A DNA stretch of 64,000 nt from Acidobacteriota bacterium (GTDB lineage: Bacteria > Acidobacteriota > Terriglobia > Terriglobales > SCQP01), in the NCBI GenBank assembly GCA_021818955.1, contig JAKASR010000002.1:107659-171658 (forward strand), in the 5' to 3' direction. Shown in pieces: positions 41,074-50,049 of this stretch. Below the pieces are notes generated by a model. It was given only the letters and a program-made list of their open reading frames with translations, ran no database searches and was not told the origin of the DNA. How positions within the stretch are numbered: position 1 is the stretch's first letter; the number at the start of each line of letters is the position of its first letter. Both the position numbers and the translations under genes were made by a program.

Positions 41074-42216
41074 CTAGCCGGCGGCGGATAGCGGGCTGGC
41101 GCCCGCTTGTTTCTTTCCCGCCCGCGCGCTGACCGCCACCGTCGCCAGGAAAAGCAGCAGCGCCACGATATTGAGCAGTCCGGCAAGCTGCCAGAGCGGC
41201 ACCGGAGTCGGATGGGCCAGGTCGGCGGCGATCCGGCCGGCCAGCGAAACTTGCAGCAGCGCCGCGGGCAGATAAAACCAGCGGCTCCAGCGCAGCGGGC
41301 GTCCCGAGATCGCGGGAAAAATAATCGGGGCGTGGGCGAAGACCATGGTCATGACGAAGCCCAGAAACAGGCTGTGCAGCAGGGCGTCATAGTGGTAATA
41401 CAGCGCGCCGGCGTAGCGCGTCCACAGCCCGGCGCTGATCAGCAGCCAGAGCTGGCCGCAGCCCAGATTGGCGCCGATATAGCGCGCCAGGCCGCCACGC
41501 GCAAGCTGCGGCCCAACCCGATCGTAAACCAGCAGCCAGAGCGCCAGCGCCAGCATGCCCGCCCCCGCCAGCCGCATGCCGCGCACCGGATGCGGAGCGG
41601 CCAGGCCCACGCCGGCGCCGTAGACGGCAACCGCCAGCCAGGCCAGCGTCGTCCGCAGGCGCGATGAGCGCCGCAGCCAGCTCAATTCCAGCCGCTCGCC
41701 GAAGATGGTGAGCAGCAGAAACGCCGCCCACCAATACACCATCAGCGGAATCATCACTCCCGCGGCCCAAAAAATATTGCCCAGCAGCAAGGCCACGGCT
41801 CCGGCGGTCATGATTCCGATTTCGGCGGCGGCGCGGCGGCGCAAAATCACCCCATAGGCGCCCACCAGCGCCAGGCTGCCGGCGATCATCAGCCCGCCCG
41901 CCAGCCGCGCCCAATCCGGCACTAGCGCCAGCGCGCCCGCGGCCAGCAGCAGCGGCGCCGCAAACGTCCAGCGCGCGCCGCAGGCGACGGCCCGCTCCAG
42001 CGCGATCAGCGCGCCCAAAAAACCGCACGCCATCAACGGACCGTGCGCCAGCGTCAGGTCAGGCCGCCGCGGCTCGAGCCGCACCCCCAGCCGTTGCATC
42101 GCCGCCCACAGTCCGAAAACCAGCGCCGCGATTGCCAGCCCGCCCGCTGCCGCCGCCAGCGGACGCAGGTTAACCTTGGCTTTTCGGTTGGGAGTGATGG
42201 CCGTAGCTTTTGGCAA
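41074..42216 (-). CDS. Polytopic membrane protein, NnrS-like
   Basis: About 12 hydrophobic segments; 380 aa. LHSLFLGFVMTMVFAHAPIIFPAISGRPL resembles the NnrS 'H.lt.G....M......GHtGRpL' region. Its neighbours (Crp/Fnr, DUF2249, ferredoxin) fit the assignment. Confidence 0.45.
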   Translation of the reverse strand: MPKATAITPNRKAKVNLRPLAAAAGGLAIAALVFGLWAAMQRLGVRLEPRRPDLTLAHGPLMACGFLGALIALERAVACGARWTFAAPLLLAAGALALVPDWARLAGGLMIAGSLALVGAYGVILRRRAAAEIGIMTAGAVALLLGNIFWAAGVMIPLMVYWWAAFLLLTIFGERLELSWLRRSSRLRTTLAWLAVAVYGAGVGLAAPHPVRGMRLAGAGMLALALWLLVYDRVGPQLARGGLARYIGANLGCGQLWLLISAGLWTRYAGALYYHYDALLHSLFLGFVMTMVFAHAPIIFPAISGRPLRWSRWFYLPAALLQVSLAGRIAADLAHPTPVPLWQLAGLLNIVALLLFLATVAVSARAGKKQAGASPLSAAG

Positions 42217-42424
42217 TGTGTTTATGCCCGCCCCCTGTTAGCGCGCATTGCCGTCCGGCGCGGTGCTTTCGGCGCTCTTGCCGCCTGGCGAGCTGGCCCG
42301 CACGCTCGCGGCGGCCGGTTTCCACCCTGCCGGCGCAGCCCTGCAAAGAGCCGGCTCACCGGAACGCAATAGATTGCCTCAAAGGCGATGGCGGCGCTTC
42401 CCCCTTGCCTGGCTTTATCCCCTT

Positions 42425-42649
42425 CTACACTTTTCCGATCTTCACCCGCCACACCTCCGGGCCGTTTTCCAGATATTCCCAACTGAACGCGCCGGCTTGC
42501 TCCGCCTGGAACTGATAATAAAGCGGCTTAGGATCGTGATCGTTGACCAGCACGAACGCTTCCGCCGGCGTCAGTTGTTCGAAAGTGTGAAAGATCAGCG
42601 GATGGCGTTCCCGCGGCGCGACAGTGCGGACATCGAGTGTTTGCGTCAT
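42425..42649 (-). CDS. DUF2249-domain protein
   Basis: LDVRTVAPRERHPLIFHTFEQLTPAEAFVLVNDHDPKPLYYQF...WEYLENGPEVWRVKI matches the DUF2249 pattern. Confidence 0.8.
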   Translation of the reverse strand: MTQTLDVRTVAPRERHPLIFHTFEQLTPAEAFVLVNDHDPKPLYYQFQAEQAGAFSWEYLENGPEVWRVKIGKV

Positions 42650-42667
42650 GCTGTTCTCCTCTGTTGT

Positions 42668-42937
42668 TTACTTCGCCTCGGCGGCGTAATGCCCGGCGTT
42701 GCTGGCGGCGAACTTCGCCCACTTCTCCGGCAGATCGTCTTGCGCGAAGATTGCGGCCACCGGACAGACCGGCACGCAGGCGCCGCAATCGATACATTCC
42801 AGCGGGTTGATATACAACTGCGCCGCTTCGCCGAATTCGGCTTCATGCTTGCCCGGATGAATGCAATCCACCGGACAGGCATCCACGCAAGCGGTGTCTT
42901 TCACCCCTATGCAGGGCTCGGCGATAACATATGCCAT
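42668..42937 (-). CDS. fdxA: 7Fe-type ferredoxin
   Basis: MAYVIAEPCIGVKDTACVDACPVDCIH plus CIDCGACVPVCP. Confidence 0.9.
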   Translation of the reverse strand: MAYVIAEPCIGVKDTACVDACPVDCIHPGKHEAEFGEAAQLYINPLECIDCGACVPVCPVAAIFAQDDLPEKWAKFAASNAGHYAAEAK

Positions 42938-42985
42938 AAAGACTTCTCCCTGCCGCTTAGTATGCTCAGCCTCGCCTCTCCGCGC

Positions 42986-43003
42986 TTATGACCGGGGTCA
43001 TAA
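42986..43003. promoter_or_regulatory. 18-bp perfect palindrome upstream of the ferredoxin operon (candidate operator)
   Basis: TTATGAC-CGGG-GTCATAA, about 50 nt upstream of the fdxA start codon. Confidence 0.35.
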
Positions 43004-43191
43004 AAAATGCGGCCGGCGCGATATGGCTTTCGCCGCAATGCGCTAGCGATTGAATTCGCCTGCTGGCCATGCTTTGGCTATTGCCGGCGCGGCTCGGCCG
43101 CTTTTATTTTTAGGCGCTGCCGCCGCTCGATGCCGGCGCCTCTCCGGAGGCAATGGAAATTGTGAGTGGAAATCTCTACACTGTGCGGGTG

Positions 43192-46100
43192 ATGAAACTC
43201 CGGATTGCCCGCATCCTGTTGGCCGCAGTAAGCATTGCCACCTGGGCGGCGCAGGGCGCCGCGCAAGCGCCGGCGCGCAAGGTATGGCAGATTGGCGCCT
43301 TCGATCAATCCTCGAAGGGCTTCAATTACGATCCGGCATGGGGGCCGGGGCCGCAGCCGGCGTTTATAGTCGGGCAAAGTCCGGTGAGCGCCTGGCCGGC
43401 ATGGCAGCCGGGCTCGGAAAATCCGGCGACCGGGAAGCGGCCGCACCCCTATATCATCCTGTTTCGGCTGCCCTCGCGGCCGCGCGGCGATTATCGCCTG
43501 ACCATCGCTTTCGTCTGCGCGCATCCGCGCGTGCCGCGCCTGGAAATCTCCATCAACGGCCGGCGCGGCTTGTTCCGGCTGCGCCGGCATCCACTCTACT
43601 CGCCTAAAAATCCCGGGTTCGATAACGCCATCTACAGCGGCGGCACGCTGCGGGCGCGGCTGCCGGCGGCGGCGTTGAAGGCGGGCGAGAACCGCCTGGC
43701 GCTGACCGCGGTGGACGATCCGCGGGATGGGCCGGGGGATTCCTGGCTGGATTACGACGCGCTGCGCCTCAGCGCCCTGCCCCCGGGCGCGGCCGCGCCC
43801 CGGCTGCGGCTGGAGCCCACGATTTTTTACATTCGCCGCCGCCGGCGCCTGCTGGAGCGGGTGCGCGCCACGGTCACGCTAACGCGGCGCGTACGCCATG
43901 GCCTGCTGCAACTCAGCCTCGCCGGACATCACTACACCGCGGCGCTCTCGCCGCAATACGATTTTGGCCAGCAGCAAATTACTTTTGCCGTTCGGGCGCT
44001 TTCCGCGCCCGCGCCCGCCACGCTGGAGCTACGCGCCGATGGCCGGAGCTATCGCCGGCAATTCACGCTGCATCCGCGGCGGCGCTGGCGGCTGTTCGTG
44101 GTGCCGCACGCGCACCTGGATGTCGGCTACACCGATTACCGCGGCAAAGTAGCCGAGGTGCAAAGCCGCAATCTGGATACGCTTTTGCGCCGCATGCCGC
44201 GGCATCCGCATATGCGCTGGACGGTGGATGGCTCCTGGGTAATCGAGCATTATCTGGCCACGCGCACGCCCGCGGCAGGACGCGAATTGCTGCGCCTGAC
44301 GAGGGCGGGCCAAATCGGCGTGCCCGCGCAATATGCCAACCTGCTGACCGGTTATGCCAGCCTGGAAGAGCTGATCCGCTCGAATTTCTATAGCTGGCGG
44401 CTGCACCTCCGCTCCGGCGTGCCCTACGACTACGCCAACATCACCGACGTGCCCAGCTATAGCTGGTCGTATGCCACCATCCTGCACGCGCTGGGCATCC
44501 GCTATTTCGCCGCCGCCAGCAATAACGACCGCGCGCCGGTGCTGCTGTGGGGACGGTGGAACGAGCGCTCGCCCTTCTGGTGGGAAGGCCCGGACGGCAG
44601 CCGGGTGCTGATGTCGTATGCGCGGCAGTATTTTCAATTCAGCGCGGTTTGCCAATTGCCGGCGCAGGCCGCCGCTTGCCGCCAATCGCTGCCGCTGTTT
44701 CTCTCGACCTATCGCCATCCCGGCTACCTGCCCGACGCGGCGCTGCTGTTCGGCTCGCAGGTGGAAAACACCGCGCTGGTGCGGGGCGACACCGCCTTTG
44801 CGCGGCAATGGAACCGGCAATATGCCTGGCCGCGAATCGAGCTGGCGACCTTTCCCGATTATTTCCGCTACGTCGACCGCCATTGGGGGGCGCGGCTGCC
44901 GGTGGTGCGCGGCGATTTCGGCCCGTACTGGGAAGACGGAGCCGGCGCCGATGCCCGCGACACCGCCACCGACCGCGCCGATCAGGAACGCGCGCTCTCG
45001 GCGGAAAAGCTTTCCACCCTGGGCGCGCTGCTGACGCCCGCGGTGGCGGGCGAGCGCGGCGAGCTGCGCCGGATGTGGCAAAACCTGATCCTCTACGCCG
45101 AGCATACTTATGCTTCCTGGGACAGCTACTCCCGCCCGCGCAGCGACGAGTCGCGCCGCCAGAGGCAAAGCAAAATCGGCTATGTGCGGCGGTCGCGGCG
45201 CGAAATTCGCGCCATCGACGAGCAGGCGCTCAGCCAGTTGGCCGATCAAATTCATCTGCCCGCGCCGGCGCTGGTGGTTTTCAATCCGCTGAGCTGGCAG
45301 CGCAGCGGCCTGGTCTCAACCGATCTGGATGACGGCGATGGCCTGGTCAACGCCGCCGGCGGCCAGCCCGTGCCGCTGGAAGTGCTGCGCCAGGGCAGCG
45401 GCTACCGGCACGTGCGCTTTCTGGCGCGCGATGTGCCCGCGCTCGGCTACGCCTGCTACCGCATCGTCCGCGCCCCGGCGGCCACCGGCGCGGCAAGCCA
45501 GCCGCCCGCCGCGCTCCCGCTTGCCAACACCATCGAGAACCGGTTTTACCGCGTGCGCTTCGACCCCGCGGCCGGAGCGATTGCCGGCATTTACGACAAG
45601 CAACTCGGGCAAGAGTTGATCCGGCAGCATGGGCCCTACCGCGCCAACCAATACTTGTACGTTAGCGGCGGCGAAGGCTCGCGCATCGTTTACCTGGATT
45701 TTACGCGCCCGCCGGCGCAGTTGACCATTCATCCATCGCGCCCGGGCCGGGTCACCGGCATACGCCGCACCGATTGGGGCACGATACTGAGTTATGAAAC
45801 CAGCGGGCAGGATGCGCCGCGCATACGGTCGGAAGTGATTTTATTCAACCGGCGCAAGCAGATCGAATTCATCAACCACATCGAAAAGCAGCCGACGCGC
45901 CATAAAGAGGCGATCTACTTCGCTTTTCCCTTCGCCATCCGGCATCCGCGCTTCGATTACGAAATCCAGAACGGCTGGGTGAATCCGGCGCGCGACACGC
46001 TCCTGGGCGGCAGCCTGGAGTGGTTCACGGTGCGGCATTGGGTGCGGGTCGCGGGCAAGCGCTTCGCGGCGGGGCTGACGCCGCTGGATGCGCCGCTGGT

Positions 46101-46719
46101 CTCGCTGGGCGATATCAACCGCGGCGCCTGGCCGCGGCGCTTCCATCCGCCGAGCGCCACGATCTTTTCCTACGCTTTGAACAATTACTGGCACACCAAT
46201 TATTTTCGGGTGCAGGGCGGGCGCTATACCTTCCGCTATCGGCTCACCAGCGGCCGCCGGCTCTCGCCCGTACGCCTGGCCCGCATGGGGCGCGCGGCGA
46301 TGACGCCGCTCGAGCACGAGCAGATCATCGGCAACGATAAAAACGGCAACCCGCCGCGCCCGCTGCCGCCCACGCCGCAAAGCTTTCTTCAGGTCAGCGC
46401 GCGCAATGTCGTGGTCGAAGATTGGAAAGCGGCGCTTCACCGCGAACGCGGCACACCCGCCGCGGCGAATAGCCACTCCGCCGTGACGGATACGATTCTG
46501 CGGCTGGTGGAAGTCGGCGGGCGCGCGGCCGAGGTCAAGCTGACGTTTCCGCGTTTTCTGCTGAAGCGGGCCTGGATCGACAACGCCGTCGAGGTCAATC
46601 AAGCGCCGCTGGCGGTCAGCGGCCACTCGCTCGAGCTGCAAATCAAGCCGCACGCCATTGTGACGCTGCGCATCGAGGCGGCAAAAATGGATGGAGTAAT
46701 GGCCGCCCGCAGGCCATAA
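43192..46719 (+). CDS. Secreted glycoside hydrolase family 38 (alpha-mannosidase-like) with an N-terminal accessory domain
   Basis: Signal peptide MKLRIARILLAAVSIATWAAQGAAQA. GH38 N-terminal motif FVVPHAHLDVGYTDY. About 1175 aa. The ORF-track start is 43153. Confidence 0.8.
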   Translation: MKLRIARILLAAVSIATWAAQGAAQAPARKVWQIGAFDQSSKGFNYDPAWGPGPQPAFIVGQSPVSAWPAWQPGSENPATGKRPHPYIILFRLPSRPRGDYRLTIAFVCAHPRVPRLEISINGRRGLFRLRRHPLYSPKNPGFDNAIYSGGTLRARLPAAALKAGENRLALTAVDDPRDGPGDSWLDYDALRLSALPPGAAAPRLRLEPTIFYIRRRRRLLERVRATVTLTRRVRHGLLQLSLAGHHYTAALSPQYDFGQQQITFAVRALSAPAPATLELRADGRSYRRQFTLHPRRRWRLFVVPHAHLDVGYTDYRGKVAEVQSRNLDTLLRRMPRHPHMRWTVDGSWVIEHYLATRTPAAGRELLRLTRAGQIGVPAQYANLLTGYASLEELIRSNFYSWRLHLRSGVPYDYANITDVPSYSWSYATILHALGIRYFAAASNNDRAPVLLWGRWNERSPFWWEGPDGSRVLMSYARQYFQFSAVCQLPAQAAACRQSLPLFLSTYRHPGYLPDAALLFGSQVENTALVRGDTAFARQWNRQYAWPRIELATFPDYFRYVDRHWGARLPVVRGDFGPYWEDGAGADARDTATDRADQERALSAEKLSTLGALLTPAVAGERGELRRMWQNLILYAEHTYASWDSYSRPRSDESRRQRQSKIGYVRRSRREIRAIDEQALSQLADQIHLPAPALVVFNPLSWQRSGLVSTDLDDGDGLVNAAGGQPVPLEVLRQGSGYRHVRFLARDVPALGYACYRIVRAPAATGAASQPPAALPLANTIENRFYRVRFDPAAGAIAGIYDKQLGQELIRQHGPYRANQYLYVSGGEGSRIVYLDFTRPPAQLTIHPSRPGRVTGIRRTDWGTILSYETSGQDAPRIRSEVILFNRRKQIEFINHIEKQPTRHKEAIYFAFPFAIRHPRFDYEIQNGWVNPARDTLLGGSLEWFTVRHWVRVAGKRFAAGLTPLDAPLVSLGDINRGAWPRRFHPPSATIFSYALNNYWHTNYFRVQGGRYTFRYRLTSGRRLSPVRLARMGRAAMTPLEHEQIIGNDKNGNPPRPLPPTPQSFLQVSARNVVVEDWKAALHRERGTPAAANSHSAVTDTILRLVEVGGRAAEVKLTFPRFLLKRAWIDNAVEVNQAPLAVSGHSLELQIKPHAIVTLRIEAAKMDGVMAARRP

Positions 46720-46791
46720 AAAAAGCCGCTGCAACTTTGCTTGCATTGCCGCCATCGGCCATTTAATCCATTGCTGATCAGCAATTTACGC

Positions 46792-46818
46792 ATGGCGGCA
46801 AATTATTTTTGCCGCCAT
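46792..46818. repeat. 11-bp-stem hairpin built from inverted TTGCCGCCAT units
   Basis: ATGGCGGCAAA-TTATT-TTTGCCGCCAT. Further direct copies of TTGCCGCCATC lie at about 46747-46757 and 46820-46830. Confidence 0.6.
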
Positions 46819-47060
46819 CTTGCCGCCATCTTCAAGCTAACCTCAACACCTACAATGAGTTACACACGGATTTCCCGCCAATCATCAATCCAGAGCAAAA
46901 AATAAGCCCTTTGTTTACATTTGCTTTGCTGATGGTGGCACCTTATGAAACATCGAGCGGGAGTATGTAAGGCGCGGTAAATAAAAGGTTGAATAGATTG
47001 GTTTTTAATTTCAGTTTGTACATTTATTCATTGGGTTAATTCTTATTTTGGAGCGTGCCG

Positions 47061-48236
47061 ATGATTTATGCCTTCGCCCTGCTGATGGCGTTTTTAACGC
47101 CGCCGCGAGCCGCGCGGCACTGGGTGGGAACCTGGGCGGCCTCGCCGCAACGGGTTGAGCCGCGGAACATGCCGCCGGCGCCCGGCTTGCCGCACTCCAC
47201 GCTGCGCCAGACGATTAAAGTCACCCTGGGCGGCCGGCGCATGCGCGTGCATTTCTCCAACGCTTACGGCGACGGACCGCTCGAAATCCGCGCGGCGCAA
47301 GTGGCGCTGCCGGCCGGTCCCGGCGCCATCTGCCGCTCGACGCGGCGCAGCTTGAGCTTTCATGGACGCAAGGCGATCACGATTGCTCGCGGAGAAGAAA
47401 TCGTTTCGGACCCGCTGCGGTTCCGGCTGCGGCCGCTCTCGGAGCTGACCATCACGCTCGAGCTGGGCGCCGCGCCGTCGCATATCACCGGGCATCCGGG
47501 CTCGCGCACTACGACTTTTCTCCAGCCCGGCGATTATGTTTCCGCCGCCACCCTGCCCAACCCGGCAACCACGGTGCACTGGTACATTCTCGACGGCGTG
47601 GATATCGAGACGCGGCGTCCGGCGTCCGCCGTGATCGCTTTCGGCGACTCGATTACCGACGGCTACGGCACCACTACCGATGGCAACGACCGCTGGCCCG
47701 ACGACCTGGCGCGCCGGCTGGCGGCCCAGGCCGCCACGCGCCGCATTGCGGTCTTGAATGCCGGCATCGGCGGCAACTGCATCCTGCGCAAGTGCCTCGG
47801 ACCGGCCGGGGTGGCGCGCTTTGGCCATGACGCGCTCGAGGCGGCCGGCGCGCGCTGGGTGTTGCTGTTTGAGGGCGTCAATGATATCGGCACCTCGCAG
47901 CATTCGGTGGCGCAGGCGCTGATCGCCGCCGACCGAAGGCTGATCGCGCAAGCCCACGCGCATCATCTGCTGATTTACGGCATGACCATCACGCCTTTGG
48001 GCGGCTCGTTTTACGATTCGCCCGCGCATCGCGCCGACTGGCGGCAGGTCAATCATTGGATCCGTTCGAGCGGCAGCTTTGACGCCGTAATCGATTTCGC
48101 GGCGGTGGCGCGTGATCCGCGGCATCCTTTCCGCCTGCTGCCGGCCGACGATCATGGCGATCATCTGCATTTCAATCCATCCGGCTACGCCCGGCTGGCG
48201 GCGGCAATCCCGTTGCGCCTGTTCCGCCGGCGCTAA
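47061..48236 (+). CDS. SGNH/GDSL-family hydrolase
   Basis: Block I VIAFGDSITDGYG, and a C-terminal DDHGDHLH (DxxH). GGAG lies 7 nt upstream of the ATG at 47061. The ORF-track start is a GTG at 47055. Confidence 0.8.
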   Translation: MIYAFALLMAFLTPPRAARHWVGTWAASPQRVEPRNMPPAPGLPHSTLRQTIKVTLGGRRMRVHFSNAYGDGPLEIRAAQVALPAGPGAICRSTRRSLSFHGRKAITIARGEEIVSDPLRFRLRPLSELTITLELGAAPSHITGHPGSRTTTFLQPGDYVSAATLPNPATTVHWYILDGVDIETRRPASAVIAFGDSITDGYGTTTDGNDRWPDDLARRLAAQAATRRIAVLNAGIGGNCILRKCLGPAGVARFGHDALEAAGARWVLLFEGVNDIGTSQHSVAQALIAADRRLIAQAHAHHLLIYGMTITPLGGSFYDSPAHRADWRQVNHWIRSSGSFDAVIDFAAVARDPRHPFRLLPADDHGDHLHFNPSGYARLAAAIPLRLFRRR

Positions 48237-48476
48237 GCGAGCATTTTCCGGCGATGTCGCCGTGGGCGGTTTTTTGGGCGACCGGATCGGGAGATGGATG
48301 AGGCCAGCGAAGCGGGGTTAGTGTTAACCAATCCGGTTCCATATTTCCCAACCGGCTACGAATTTCATGCTGAAACGTAGTGGAATGTGTAGCTAAGTAA
48401 TTGATCCTTAAGTAGATTGTTTTTGGCTATTCACCTGCATTTGAATGTAACAAGTCGGCAGTACGAAGGAGTTTTT

Positions 48477-49019
48477 ATGCATATTCCGGGAAATTGGAAA
48501 TGGGGGGTCTTGGCGGGGCTAGCCGTGGCATTGGCTTCGCCGGTTTTAGCGCAACATGGGGGTCGTCCGGGGATGGGGCCTGGCATGGGTCACATGGGCA
48601 TGGAGCCCGGTCATTCCACGCCGCGCTTCGGGCACAAGCAATTCAATCCCGACACCATGATGCGGGCGCACGGAAAAACCGCCGCGCAAATTTTAGCCCA
48701 CAACAATCAGCTCTCCAGCCGGCTGGCGTCGCTGCTGCCGGCGGGCATGAACGTGCAAACCGCCGCCGCCGGGTTCCGCAACCTGGGCCAGTTCATCGCC
48801 GCGGTTCACGTCTCGCATAATCTCGGCATCCCGTTTCTGGCATTGAAGGACAAAATGCTGGGGCCGCCCAGCATGAGCCTGGGCAAGGCCATTCATACGC
48901 TGCGTCCGGCGGCGAACGCGAAATCCGCGTTGCGCAAGGCCGATGGCGAAGCGCGCCGCGACTTGCGCGATAGCACGCGCAAAAAAGAATCCATGCTGGC
49001 GCTTTCCTGGATTCTGTAA
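48477..49019 (+). CDS. Hypothetical secreted protein (Gly/Met/Pro-rich N-terminal region)
   Basis: GAAGGAG upstream of the ATG. Signal WGVLAGLAVALASPVLAQ. Also GMGPGMGHMGMEPGH. Confidence 0.5.
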   Translation: MHIPGNWKWGVLAGLAVALASPVLAQHGGRPGMGPGMGHMGMEPGHSTPRFGHKQFNPDTMMRAHGKTAAQILAHNNQLSSRLASLLPAGMNVQTAAAGFRNLGQFIAAVHVSHNLGIPFLALKDKMLGPPSMSLGKAIHTLRPAANAKSALRKADGEARRDLRDSTRKKESMLALSWIL

Positions 49020-49064
49020 TTCACCCTCGCGTCCCGGCTTGGCCGGGCGCGATTTCCGGAAAGT

Positions 49065-49090
49065 AAGGCGGCCCGGCCGCCTTGTTTTCC
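49065..49090 (+). terminator. Intrinsic terminator
   Basis: AAGGCGGC-CCG-GCCGCCTT followed by GTTTTCC, 46 nt after the stop. Confidence 0.6.
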
Positions 49091-49163
49091 GGCTCGGCGG
49101 TTAACGATTTTGCAAGGCGGCATTCAGCCAACCGCCCTGAAAATAGACGGCGGTTAGCCTCTC

Positions 49164-49231
49164 GCCAGCCGGCCAGTTCCGGCTGGGCCACAGTTTCGCC
49201 AGGCCGGCCAGTTCCGGCTGGGCACAGTTTC
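49164..49231 (+). repeat. Two tandem 34-nt units, each containing an 8-bp-stem hairpin
   Basis: Unit 1 is GCCAGCCGGCCAGTTCCGGCTGGGCCACAGTTTC. Unit 2 is GCCAGGCCGGCCAGTTCCGGCTGGGCACAGTTTC. The hairpin is CCAGCCGG/CCGGCTGG. Confidence 0.7.
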
Positions 49232-49359
49232 CTTCCCGCCGCGTGCGCGGGCCTGGCGCCAGGCTCGCGCCGCGGTTCCAGTGTGTGTGGGCCGAGCGAT
49301 TCGCCGCCCGCGCCGCGGTACTCGCGAACGAGACGTCGTTCGCACATAGGGAAGGGAGA

Positions 49360-49400
49360 AACTCCGCGCGGGGTCGCTCCCTGCGCGGAGTTTTCCTTTT
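49360..49400 (+). terminator. Intrinsic terminator-like hairpin upstream of the P-loop kinase gene
   Basis: AACTCCGCGC-(13 nt)-GCGCGGAGTT followed by TTCCTTTT. It ends 70 nt before the ATG at 49471. Confidence 0.5.
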
Positions 49401-49470
49401 ACGGCGGCGGCGCGCGCGGCTCAAATCGCCATCGCATGCCCGCCGGCGCGGGGCGCTTTACACTGTTCCC

Positions 49471-49992
49471 ATGCCCGCGCCGCGCATCGTCATCCCCTCC
49501 GGCGCGCTGGTGGTTTTGATCGGCGCGGCGGGCGCGGGGAAATCCAGTTTTGCGCGGCGGCATTTTCCGGCGACTTCCATCCTTTCCTCCGACGCCTTCC
49601 GCGCCATGGTGGGCGACGATGAGGACAATCAAGCCGCCAGCGCCGACGCCTTTAAGCTGCTCGACCAAGCCGCGCGCATGCGGCTGGCCCATCGCCGGCT
49701 GACCGTAGTGGACGCAACCAGCGTGCGCCGCCGCGCCCGCCGGCCGCTGCTGGAGCTGGCGAAAGAACTGGGCGCGCCCCCGGTCGCCATCGTCTTCAAT
49801 CTGGACGAAAGCCTTTGCCGGGCCCGCAACCGCCGCCGCGGACGGGTGGTGCCGGAAGACGTGATCCATCGCCAGGCGGAGGCGCTGCGCCAATCCCTCG
49901 CCGGTTTGCGCCAGGAAGGCTTCGCTCGGGTTTGGGTTTTCGAGCGCGCGGGCGAGGCCAGCCGCGCCGCAGTTGAACTTAAAAGCGATTAA
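49471..49992 (+). CDS. P-loop kinase (AAA_33/polynucleotide-kinase-like ATPase)
   Basis: Walker A VVLIGAAGAGKSSFARRHF. 173 aa from the ATG at 49471. The ORF-track GTG start at 49243 crosses the terminator-like hairpin. Confidence 0.7.
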   Translation: MPAPRIVIPSGALVVLIGAAGAGKSSFARRHFPATSILSSDAFRAMVGDDEDNQAASADAFKLLDQAARMRLAHRRLTVVDATSVRRRARRPLLELAKELGAPPVAIVFNLDESLCRARNRRRGRVVPEDVIHRQAEALRQSLAGLRQEGFARVWVFERAGEASRAAVELKSD

Positions 49993-50049
49993 AAATTCTT
50001 TTCAGACAGGGATTCCATTTCCGCCATTCGGGATTATACTCGTCGCACC

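Noticed and set aside
42248-42991. 247-aa plus-strand ORF across the DUF2249/ferredoxin genes
   Set aside because: It is antisense to two small genes whose products match well-defined families almost residue by residue.
44029-45255. 408-aa minus-strand ORF inside the GH38 gene (and the similar 47094..48170 ORF inside the SGNH gene)
   Set aside because: Both are antisense to genes with clear family motifs. Their Arg/Ala/Gly-rich composition is a high-GC artefact.
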